A model generated the notes under the pieces. The model ran no database searches and was not told where the DNA came from. It saw only the letters and a list, made by a program, of their open reading frames with translations. A DNA stretch of 64,000 nucleotides from Paragordius varius (Eukaryota; Animalia; Nematomorpha). Position 1 is the first letter of the stretch. Each line of letters opens with the position of its first letter. The stretch lies in the NCBI GenBank assembly GCA_964247055.1, contig OZ176052.1, positions 558,001-622,000 of the forward strand. Reading direction: 5' to 3'. The position numbers and the translations under genes are program-made. Shown here piece after piece: positions 13,501-24,300 of the stretch.

Positions 13501-14530
13501 TTATAAATTTATGAAGATATTTTAAGAAATCTAAATAAAATTAAATAATTAATAACTTTTATAAATTAAAGATATTTTAATAAATTAAAAAAAAATGAAA
13601 TACTTGTATCATTTATGAGATCAGGGGCATCCAAGATTTTTTCTGGATGCGTTTGAATATTATCTCGTTTAATGTTTATGCCTTCATTACAACTCAAATT
13701 GGGTAAGGCTATAAAAAAAGGGAAATTAATTATATAGTTAATACAAAAAATTTGAATAGAATGGAATATTAAATACCATTTACAGTTCAATTCACCCTTG
13801 AATAATTCAAAATCACCCTTGAACAATTCAAAATCACCCTTGAACAATTCATATTTTCCCTTAAACAATTCAAATTAACCCTCGAACAATCCAAATTCAC
13901 CCTAAAAATAAATTATGTAGTTTCAGGCAACTAATATAACTCATTATTAATATGAAATATATCTTTATGGTGCATAGTTTATTATTTTTTCAGTATTTTC
14001 TGTCAATTTAAAACAAAATTTTTATATTTTAAAAATATATAAAAATATAGGTAATTTTTAATCTTAAAAAATATATATTTTATTTGAGGGTGAATTTGAA
14101 TAAATGGTATATCGTGATTGCATTTAATTTTTAAGTTTACTTATTTAAGAAAAACTTTGTATCGAAAAATCGTAAAATTTGCGCACATAAGGCTAAATTA
14201 CAGTAAAAATTGAAATTATACTATGGACAAAACGTAAAAATATAAGGACAAATACTTTTTTTGAACTAAAAAACAACCCCATACTTTTTAAATCTTAATT
14301 TTTATAATGATAACTTTTTATTTCAAATTATAAAGTAGGAAATAGAGATATAAATTAATAACACAAGCAATTTATGCTATTATACGATTGTAATTTTATT
14401 ATTTTAATGGGATAAATTAAGGTTTAAAATATGGTTGACTTTTAAATAAAAAATTTGTCTTTATTTTTTACGCTTTGTCTATAGTATAATTTTAATTTTT
14501 AGTGTAAAATTTTTACCAAAATATTAAATA

Positions 14531-14580
<50 letters not shown>

Positions 14581-15870
14581 AAATATTAAATATCAAATGA
14601 TATTAATTAATTTTTTATATCGTACCCAAAAGTCCTTACCTTTTACCTATCTAAAATGGGCTAGTTCTCTTAATTGCGTTTGCAATATTTTTAAGGGAGT
14701 TTTTTCTATAAATACTCCAAATAGAAATTTTCTATGAGAATTATTAATTTTATAGGCGTTTTTTTTTCATTGCTATCGATTTTAGGCCAAGTTTTTAGTT
14801 TATATTTTAATTTTATTTTTTACGTTTGACAAAGATTACTTGTAGTAATCAAAATATTATAATAAATTTATACAATTTTAGCTAAATTATAATTGCATAT
14901 ATAATAATTTATCAAAATAAAGCACAATATGAAAAGAAAATGGTACTTTTTGTAAGGTGGGATGATACATTATTGAATGATTGATTATTTGAGCCATAAA
15001 ATGAGTTACCATTCCCACTAATTAAATCGTGAAACATTTTATCTGACATGGAATTCTAACGAACGTGCAAAAATATTTTACAAGGTAATATTACAGTAAA
15101 ACTTGAAATTATAAAGTCAAAACATAAAAAATTTAACACTATTATATGGTAAATTTAAACTTGAATTTTGTAAAATAACTTAAAAAGGAAATTGTAGAAA
15201 AAAACGGTTTTTGATCAAAACCTTTTAATTTAATACATTGTGAATAAAATATCTATAAATATAAGCGCATATATTATATGCTGACTGTGGAATTCTAATC
15301 AAAAATTATAAAATGGAATGTATTGTATCAAAAGAAAATTCCCAATAAAATCAAAAATATTTTTTAAAGACATTTTTAGAAAATAATTCCATAAAAGGCT
15401 ATATCCCGGTTTTAATCTCTGGAATAAAAATGTAAATTGGCGAGACACCTAATTTCTAAATGTAGTTTTGTAAGAAAATCAAGGATTTTAAAATAAAGTT
15501 TCATTTTTAAAAAAAGGTTTTGTCCTAATTAAGTTTTGTTTGTAATATAAATTACATTATTGCATCTTTGTAAGCAATCTTCACCAGTCCGACCATCTTT
15601 ATCTTTGTAAAAAACGCGTCGATTAGAGGATCCAGCCAAATTTATGTTTGATTTACTTCTAACAGGCATAAAACGATCATTGGGATTAAAAAGGAGGGAT
15701 GTGGTGGAAATATTTCCTTGACTCGGTACTTTTTTCAATAAACTCTTTAAGTCATTTGTGCTTTGTTCTTTTTCTAAGAAATTTATAAAGCAAATAAAAC
15801 TTTTTGCGGAAAAATTTGGTGTTTTAGCTGCATAAGTTAGTAAATCACTGGCTGTAATTGTTTGAACCAT
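1670..15870 (-). CDS. CDC20: CDC20/fizzy-like APC/C co-activator, WD40 beta-propeller, 11 exons, about 733 aa, divergent
   Basis: Exons in transcript order: 15870-15556, 15055-14947, 13708-13604, 11905-11756, 10708-10602, 9960-9901, 8065-7898, 6890-6680, 5117-4778, 3470-3260, 2095-1670. All are GT-AG and phase-compatible (2202 nt). Motifs: C-box DRFMPVR, PEKILDAPDLIND-NLNLIDWS, LAVGLGSNTYLW, TSLNWRADGRLLAIGT, IWDV, RISSLCW, SGSESGQILYHD, ICALKW, LSWCPW..LLATSG, EIITGHG, VWKYPEM, LRGHKDRVL, ASVGADETVIIWK. PEKILDAP favours CDC20 over FZR1 (PFKVLDAP). Confidence 0.9.
2680..3290. repeat. Degenerate tandem repeat (about 240-bp units made of about 120-bp subunits) containing copies of the CDC20 exon-10 3' edge
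   Basis: aaaaccttttccatttc(ag/ta)gatatt at 2797, 3028 and 3255; actatcaac(c/g)cacaaagc recurs five times. Confidence 0.85.
3495..4110. repeat. Intronic direct repeat, about 170-bp unit, 2-3 diverged copies
   Basis: aaattaataatctaataagtacaggaaaaa..attacaattattcgttttatcaaactgtg at 3515-3605 and 3690-3780; partial third copy at about 4015-4110. Confidence 0.75.
4141..4431. mobile_element. MITE family A (TA-flanked; TIR CCATTTACAGTTCAAATTCACCC plus 21-bp subterminal repeats)
   Basis: ta|ccatttacagttcaaattcac ... gtgaatttgaactgtaaatgg|ta; non-coding core shared with at least 12 other copies. Confidence 0.85.
6109..6626. mobile_element. MITE family A with one arm expanded into a 21-bp minisatellite
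   Basis: About 12 copies of ttcaagggtgaatttgaattg variants at 6360-6615, ending gaactgtaaatag|ta. Confidence 0.8.
7276..7537. mobile_element. MITE family A, degenerate
   Basis: Family-A core and right terminus aactgtaaatgg|ta at 7537. Confidence 0.7.
8037..9120. repeat. Degenerate AT-rich tandem array starting at the CDC20 exon-7 acceptor
   Basis: gatatacgat(gat)aa(g/a)gtttttcctaa at 8043, 8532 and 8680; attatgtgaa..tgtgaattattcgtcaaatttt recurs. Confidence 0.75.
10243..10520. mobile_element. MITE family A
   Basis: ta|ccatt... left end and gaactgtaaatgg|ta right end; 21-bp repeats in both arms. Confidence 0.8.
11405..11735. mobile_element. MITE family A next to the CDC20 exon-4 donor
   Basis: ta|ccatttacagttcaaattcaccc at 11405; right-arm 21-bp repeats at 11605-11720. 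Confidence 0.8.
11876..12570. repeat. Tandem duplication (about 200 bp) including 30 nt of CDC20 exon 4, later interrupted by a family-B MITE (about 12241-12480)
   Basis: ttttcacaactccaatcaattaaattcaaatctttttttt at 11876 and 12079; ttacagcatttttacaggttaa at 11968, 12178 and 12520. Confidence 0.85.
12679..12923. mobile_element. MITE family A, degenerate
   Basis: Family-A core; right end tgtagatgg|ta. Confidence 0.65.
13776..14107. mobile_element. MITE family A
   Basis: ta|ccatttacagttcaaattcaccc ... gaataaatgg|ta; source of the spurious FKGDFEL ORF 13566-13868. Confidence 0.85.
14201..14504. mobile_element. MITE family B (about 290 bp, TA-flanked, about 100-bp TIRs, terminus CAGTAAAAATTGAAATTATACGGACAAAACG)
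   Basis: ta|cagtaaaaattgaaattatactatggacaaaacg ... cgctttgtctatagtataattttaatttttagtg|ta. The TA TSD with CAG terminus is Tc1/mariner-like. About 25 copies or fragments in the window (others near 5514, 9260, 9570, 10760, 13130, 22680, 23130, 26340, 43293, 46085, 46562, 48275, 61762). Confidence 0.85.
14535..14576. repeat. (TA)n microsatellite
   Basis: About 20 TA units; similar tracts at about 7540, 7632, 11950, 12155, 21282, 60153 and 63445. Confidence 0.95.
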
Positions 15871-17235
15871 CGCTCGCCAACCACAATTTAAAAATGCCTC
15901 CGCATATGATAAAAAATGCTTTCACCTAATCAAATGATGCGGAAAGCAAGATTATTTTAGATTGCAAAATATATTTTATTTTGAGGGTAAAATCACTTTT
16001 TTAAATATTTATATGGATTTTGTGTTTTTTACAGTTTGTAAAAGATTATATTCTTGTTATTATAAAATGTTTCAAAAATTAACAAATGCATAAATAAATA
16101 AAATTTTCTCTATTTTATAAAAAATTTTTCTTAACTATATCATAATTAAGTATTTTAAATTGAATATTAACTCATTAATATCTAAAAATATCCAGAAAGT
16201 TATGATTTTTAGCGTTTACAGTGCACAATTGTAAATGTTACACAGCGTCCACCAAAAATAACCCTGATAAAAATATATATATTTTGATAGGAAACTGCAT
16301 CATTTTGTTTTTGGCTTCCGAGTGATTTAAGAAAGTACATTTTTGTAGTAAGTCACTATATCAGAAAATGACAATTTACATAAATTTTTTAATGAAGACT
16401 GGAATTTTTATTTTAGTGACAAAATATATTATAAGCTACCTAAAAAGATTAAGACACATTTTTTAAATTTTCTATATTAGGTGGCCAAAAGTTTAAAAAA
16501 TTCTTTTAAAATGGGCTATTCTTAAATAAAAGCATAAATGTTGGGATTTCGCGATAGAAAATTTTATATGCTAAATTTTGATATCAAATATTTATTAAAA
16601 AAATGCATAAAAATGTCAAATTAATTTTTATCAGAATTTTGATGCAACGTATTTCTTATTATTTTGGACTCCATTAACTTTTGGGGTAGTTTTATATTCC
16701 AGAGAGAATTCAAATTTGAATAACTTAAAAAGTATTTAAGGTATTAGCCGAATTTAAAAAAAAGGTTTATTCAGCCTTTTAGGCGCACAATACAAATTTT
16801 TTTGTGAAATTACAAAAAACTTCTCATCTTAAACCTTTTGCCACCATTTTTTTATGTATTTTTTAACATTGCCAATGCAACAGGCAAATGTATTTTATGG
16901 TTAGAAAATGTAAATAATTAACTTAAAATAGCTTCTATTTTTTAAATTCTATATATTTTTGTTTAAACATTAGATGTTCGTTTCAAATGTGTTTTGTAGG
17001 TTGAATTTTAGAGTCTAGAACTCTCAAAACTGTAAAAATACAAGCTTTTTTTTCTAATAAACGACAAAAACGCTTGATGATTTTTTAATAAAATAATTTC
17101 TGTATTTTATTTACGGTATTCTACTCTGAAATATAAAAATATCCTAAAAGGTAAACTAGAACAAAAAAGTGAAATAGTAATATTTTAAAATTATTTTTTG
17201 TTTAACACTTCGATACAATTTAGGATATCTAAATA

Positions 17236-18333
17236 CCCCAGACTATATTTAACACTTGGATACAACACATTTCCAGTTCTTTGATTCAAATTGGGGTAGT
17301 TGGCTAACCCCAGGCCTGTTTAAAATTAAATATTTTAAAAAATATAGAAGGAATCGGAACCATGGCAAAATTATGCACTTACATCACATTAATAAATAGA
17401 ATATATAAATAATTTAATTTAAAAATACTTGATATTACTTATTTTAAGCTAAAACCCAAAGGTAAACATTTCGTCAACGTGACATGTGTGAAATGTAATA
17501 TAAAAAATAATACTAAATCCGCTTTTTCTATTTCTATCAATCTAGATGTAATTTAAATAAAAAATTAGCTTTAATTTTACCCTTAAAATTAAATGAAAAC
17601 GATATTTGTCAAAGATTTTGTAAAATAAAAATGGCGTCGAAGTAGTTTGACATGGAACTTTTTTTCAAAGCAAAGTTTTATATAGATATTTTGGCATATG
17701 TATATAGGATAGAATCATAAATTTAAATTGGACCGTTTCCTTCAGTTTTTTTAAAATTTCAACTAGTCTGGGGTATGTACCCAATTTTAATCAAAGTGTT
17801 AAGTTAAAATTTAAAAAAACTACTAAAAGAAACGGTCTCACTTTAAATTTAAGCTTCTCTTCAAATAAAAAATATATAAATAAGCCGTAATATCTAAATA
17901 AAATTTGGTTTTGAAAAATGTTTCATATCTAACTACTTCGACGCTGTTTTTATTTTCAGCATTTTTGCACATAGGGTTTATTAAATTTATACGCTAAAAT
18001 TAAAGTTAATTTTTATTTAAATACATCTAACCTTGATAGAAACAGAAAAAGTTATTTATTTTTTATTATTTTTAAATTTAACTAATGCACACATGTCATG
18101 ACGACCAAATTTTTTACTTTTGGATTTTACCTTAAAATAATATCAAGTATTTTGTAATGAAATTTTTTTTATATTTCGTTATAGTTATAAATGTGCAAAT
18201 TTTTGCCATGGTTTCAATTCATTCCATATTTTTTGAATTATTTATTTTTTAAACAGGCCTAAGGTATCCAACTGCCCCAATTTAAATCGATGGACTAAAA
18301 TGGATGTGTTGTATCCAAGTGTTAAAACAGGGG
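17236..18333. repeat. About 1.1-kb imperfect palindrome: two inverted copies of an about 540-bp TA-flanked element
   Basis: Copy 1 (17236-17773) has perfect 10-bp TIRs ccccagacta/tagtctgggg. Copy 2 (17780-18333) is its reverse complement at roughly 75-80% identity by eye (e.g. ttaacacttggatacaacacat / atgtgttgtatccaagtgttaa; aaacaggcct / aggcctgttt). Confidence 0.85.
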
Positions 18334-18720
18334 TATAGAGAAAAACGGATTTAGTCAAAAAGGTTTTTGTTGATTTTTGTGTAATTAACTGTTTTCATGG
18401 GTTGAGCCAAACTGAGGGGGGATTATAGTCAGTTTATATGAAAAAAATCAAGGCCTCCCTTTTTCCTAAAATTTCTCCAAAGCTAACAAATATATATAAA
18501 CATGTTAGTTAGGAGGGCCTGGTTAAAATAAGGGGCTAAAAGGCTCAGGCAACCTCGGCGCATTTATATACGATTTTATTTATAAAAATTTATAACCTAA
18601 AAATCTTAAAGTACAAATTATTTTTATAAATTAGAAAATCATTCATAGTTTTTAAAAAATATTGGATGTTACATTTATTTGATAAACCCAATGTGTGCAA
18701 TAAGCTGATTGCTATAAAAT

Positions 18721-21276
18721 ATGATTTTGAAAGATTCTTTGTTTTTGGTGCCTATAGATTCGAATTCGGAGGAGCGCATGGTTTTACTGTTAAAGTCCAA
18801 TTATAAAAATGAAACTCTAATCACTAAATTATTTCCCACCGGTCAAATTGACAACAAATCTGTTTTTAAAGGCGAAGGAAACCATTCAAATATTATAGTT
18901 TGCAAACATCACATTAAAGGTTTCGTTTTTGTTTAAAAGTATTTAGATGTTAAATTAACACAACCGAATTTAAGGTTTAAATTTACAGTTTTCCTCACCA
19001 AAAAACAGAACACCCACAAAACAATCAATAATGACTCATTATCATTAACTACTCCAGTAAATTAAGATTTTATATTATTTTTTTATATTTTAAAATTTTT
19101 ATAATATCTTTTTAATTACCTTTAGTTTATTATATATTGTGAAAAAATAATCAAAATTATAGTCAATTAGGAGATTATTCAATTAACCATTTTTTTTTAA
19201 TTAACTCACATCTATAATATATATTATATATTAATCAATATATTTATTGTACTATATTGTATGCTTTATTGATTTTTGGGAGTTTTTACCTGTATTTATT
19301 TTTTCTACCGTTTTTATCATTTCCTTATCTTTTTTATTTTATATATATTTTTTAGGTTAAAATTAATTATATAAAATTATTTTTATACGTTATAAAAATG
19401 GTTACTGATTTTCAAAATTATTTTTTAACACTTTTTCCCCATATTTTATAGTGTGAAATTTTACACTTTTATGTTTTAGATATAAAAAAATCATAAAGTT
19501 AAGTGTATATTTTCTTTTACACTGTCATAAAAATATATACCATTTACAGTTCAAATTCACCCTTAAACAATTCAAATTCACCCTTAAACAATTCAAATTC
19601 ACCCTTGAACAATTCAAATTCACCCTCGAACAATTCAAATTCACCCTCAAATTAATAACATATTTTTTAAGATTAAAAATTACCTATATTTTAATATATT
19701 TTTAAAAAATAAAATTTTGTTTTAAATTAAAATAATACTGAAAAAAATAATTAATTATGCCATAAAGATTTATTTTATATTAATAATGAGTTATATTAGT
19801 TCGAAAACACATAATTTATTTTTAGGGTGAATTTGAATTGTTCGAGGGTGAATTTGAATTGTTTAAGGGTGAATTTGAATTGTTCGAGGGTGAATTTGAA
19901 TTGTTTAAGGGTGAATTTGAACTGTAAATGGTATAGTATAAATATGGCAGTTAATAAAGAAATTAAAAAATTGAATTATATATATATGTTTATTATATTT
20001 TTAACTATTTTTATAAAGATTTAAATTAAAATTAATATTGAATATTTATTAGTAATAATATAATAAGTAGATATTTGATATATATTTTAATCAATTTATC
20101 TCTTATATAGCTTTTTACAGACTTTATCCATATTAATTTTTTAAGGTGGTCTTGAATATCTTATAAAATGAGATTTTACAATTTTTTTGTAATTTTTTTT
20201 GAATTTTTTACTTATAAAACTGTTCGAAATCTTATGGATAATAATTCTAAAAAAAGCTTATAATTTTTACAAAGATATATCATAAAGATTTTAAGATTTC
20301 AAGATTTTAACCATTTTCTAAGATTTTTTATTGGGTAAATTTTATGTTAGCATTTTTTGAAAACTTTTAGGCTTAATGGTATTTTTAGACGTTAGAGAAA
20401 TGTATGGTATTAATTTATAAAATGTGTTGAATTTTAGTCAAAAAATTTGAATTATATATTTTATTTTTATGTGTCAAATTTTAAACATTTTTAACTTTTT
20501 ATCATCAAATATCATTCAGCCTAAAACTTTGAATAATATTGTAATAAGTTACGAAATGTGTTAAATTTTGGTCAAAAATTTTATTTTTATGTGTTAAATT
20601 TTAACCATTTTTAACTTATTATCCTCTAATAAAATTCCTTTTATAGTTTTTTCTATTTCTTATATATAGGAGCGTAGAACTTTAGATTTCTGGTTTTCTG
20701 ACAATAATAATCGAAATTCTTCACAAAACAATGTTAAAAACTCGGCCTCAAAAAATCAAATTAATCAATTTTTAGTTTCGTTATTTAACCCGACCACGTT
20801 CCCACGAAGTAGTATTTTATATTTTAAATAAAAATTACACTTTAATTCACAACATTAAAGTTTTCTTTTTTTGTAGGAAAATATTTATATTTAAAGTTTT
20901 TTTTAATCTAAAATAAGCTATTTTAGGGGATTATTTTTTGATTTTTAGACAATTTGTCTCATGATTCAAGAGTATATTATAAATTTTTATTTTGCAGTAA
21001 AAATTGAAATTTTACGGGACACTTGAAAATATAAAGAAAATTTTTTTTAAAGACAACCAACCATACTTTTTTCAACTTATCCTATAAAAAATATTTAAAC
21101 ACAATCGTAAAATATTAATTTTTACCAATTTACATCTCTATTGCATTCTTTTCAGTTTAAAAATCAGTTATATTTTATAAAAAAGAATTAAAAAGTATGG
21201 TGGTTATCTTTTTAAAAAATATTTGTCTTTATATTTTTTCGTTTTGTCTTTCCGTATAATTTCAATTTATACTGTA

Positions 21277-21323
<47 letters not shown>

Positions 21324-24300
21324 TTTACAAAATTTCACCCTTAAACAATTCAATACACTCACGAACAATTTAAATTCACCCTCAAACAATTCAAATCCAC
21401 CCTCAAATAAAACAAATGTTTTTCAAGATTAAAAATTAATAAAATTTCTATTTTTAAATTAAAATAACACTGAAGAATTAATAATATATTCCATAAAGAT
21501 ATATTTCATATTAATAATGAGTTATATTAGCTGCCCGAAAACACATAACTTATTTTTAAGGTGAATTTGAATTGTTCAAGGGTGTAAATTTGAACTCTTC
21601 AAGGGTGATTTGAATTGTTAAAGGGTGAATTTGAACTCTAAGGGTGAATTTGAACTCTAAGGGTGAATTTGAATTGTTAGGGTGAATTTGAATTGTTCAA
21701 GGGTATAAATTTGAACTGTTCAAGGAGGTGAATTTGAATTGTTTAAGGGGGTGAATTTGAATTCTTCAAGGGTGAATTTGAATTTTGTTCAAGGGTGAAT
21801 TTGAATTGTTCAAGGGTCAGTTAATTTGAATTGAACTTAAATGGTAAATATATATTTTAGATTATACCGGATTTCTAATTCGTCTACTTAAATTGTTGGA
21901 ACAATTCAATGGTTTAGATAAGATTTTAGTCACATTTTCTACAACACCATCATCAGTTGTTTGCAGTAAAGAACCAACAGGAGTAGTTTATGATTGTAGG
22001 AATATTTCATTAGTCTCAGGACTACATCCTATAGATGCAAATTCCCCCCAATCTAAAAATGGAAATGTTCTAGAAACTAATTTAAATTTACCCTCTACAG
22101 AACAAATTATTACTAAAAGTATATATAGATGATTTATTTAAACAATTTTTTTGAACAAAAATATGGGTTCCAAAATATGCATAGAGTGTAAATTATGAAA
22201 ACAAATTTCAAACATTAAAACGCATTCATTTATTAAACTAATATAATCATATTTTTGATGTTTCAATTTTTTACCTCTACTAAAACAGCTATCTTTAATG
22301 AAAACTTTGGCATTAATTTATTACATTGTTTTTAAGGTAAGATCAAAAGCGTTCGCGAAAAAATGGTAATAACTTTCATTAAATTGGAAATATTAATCTT
22401 TATTTAATCCCTAAAATTAGAAAAGATTGATTTTTTTTGTTTTATACATTTATAAAATTTTATATTTTTATTAAATTTATATTTAATATTTTAGAATCTT
22501 GTATATCAGAACAAACAACAACCACGACAGTTTTGGAAAAAGAAGTCCTCAGTATTTTGGAATCTGTTTTCCCGGCATCGTTAACCACTGAAAAATTAAT
22601 AAAGTTTAATAATTTTTTTTTATTTTAACTATAAACTGTAAAATTTTTGACATAATATTTTAAAATGTAATAATGAATTCATACAGGGAGAACTTTTAGT
22701 AAATTAAGACAATTTTTTATCAAAAAAAGACAACCATACTTTTTAAATCTTAATTTTTTTTAATTTAATCACCTTTTTTCTAAATATAATTCATTGTGGT
22801 GCAATTTAAAACAATGATATTTATATTAGAAAAAAAACGCACGTTTTAAAGAGGAACAACAATTTTTGTAGAAAAGAAATATTTGACTATTTTCAGGTTT
22901 GTCCATATATTTCAATTTTTACTGTATATGAAGATAAAATCATTTTCCTTAGTTTACGAAGCCTAAAATTATCTTTAACACTCAACTTTTATTTCGTGTT
23001 TTTTTATAAAATAAACTTTATATAGAAATTAGAAACGCTCAATAATATACCTAAGCTAGCTAACTGGCTAATTAATTTTTTATAGGCCCAGTTTTGTTAT
23101 ATAAATAATTATCAATTAATCCATATAATCAGTATAAATTGAAATTATACGGAAGGACAAAAGGTAAAAATATAAAGACAAATATTTTTTTTTTCAAAAG
23201 ACAACAACCATTCTTTTTTTTAACCTTAATATTACTTATATAAATAAAAATATTACTTGCCTATAAAATATAAAATTGATGGAGTTTTCTATTTACATCT
23301 TTTTTTGAGACATAATTTTAGATTAAAACAATGAGTTTTATTGAAATAATCAAGGCTTCAAAAAGTATATGGTTAGTTAATTGTCTTTCTTTTACTAAAA
23401 AATATTTGTCTTTATATTTTGACATTTTGTCCTTCCGTAAATTTTACTGTATATTATCAAGGTTTTAAAAAGTATGGTTAGTTGTCCCTCTTTTACTAAA
23501 AAATATTTGTCTTTATATTTTTACATTTTGTCCTACCGTATAATTTCAATTTTTACTCTTTAGATTAAAAATTTTTTTTTATTTTACTTAAAAAACAATA
23601 CAGATATATACAAGATTCAAGTCATATACTCCGTTCACATTCAGAATCGCTCGAAACTCTAAGCCTAATAATTCAAACTATTTTACAAAACCTTTCTACC
23701 TCAACAAATTCCGTAGTTACAAAAAACGATAATAATTTCAATAATTTTAATAATCTAAATAATATTGATGATAATATAAATAATAATGAACAAATTTTAA
23801 TTAAACAACTTTCTGACGGTTCTTGGATACGTTTTGATGAAGCCTTAAACTCTAATTCTACGAATAATACAGTAAAAGTTAAAATTATACTATGGACAAA
23901 ACGTAAAAATATAAAGACAAATGTTTTTTAACTAAAAAAGATTTTTTTTAAATCTTGACTTTTTTTAATATACTTTAATGTTTTTGGAAATTAGGTTAGA
24001 TATAATATATGTTAAAATTATACGAACAAAAAGTTAAAATATATAAAGACAAATGTTTTTTTTATATCCTAACTAAGAATAGTTTAAATATAAGAAATAG
24101 ATATATTTTAATATTTTGAGATTTAAATATGATAAATAGATATAGAAAGTTAAAATTATACCATGGACAAAACGTAAAAATATAAAGACAAATGTTTTTT
24201 TTCAAAACAATCTAAAAATCTTGATTGTTTAAATCCTGATTTTTATACGTTAACGTTTTGGGACTTTAAATATAACAAATAGATAAGTAAAAGTTAAAAT

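Noticed and set aside
15871-15905. CDE/CHR or E2F cell-cycle promoter elements upstream of CDC20 (TTTAAA, TTGGCG)
   Set aside because: TTTAAA is ubiquitous at this AT content and the TSS is unknown, so this is not supportable.
21861-23871. Storkhead-box (STOX) assignment for the winged-helix-like region
   Set aside because: The STOX hallmark (LIKERKIYHTGEGYF) is absent, and the C-terminal PNP-like domain does not fit STOX.
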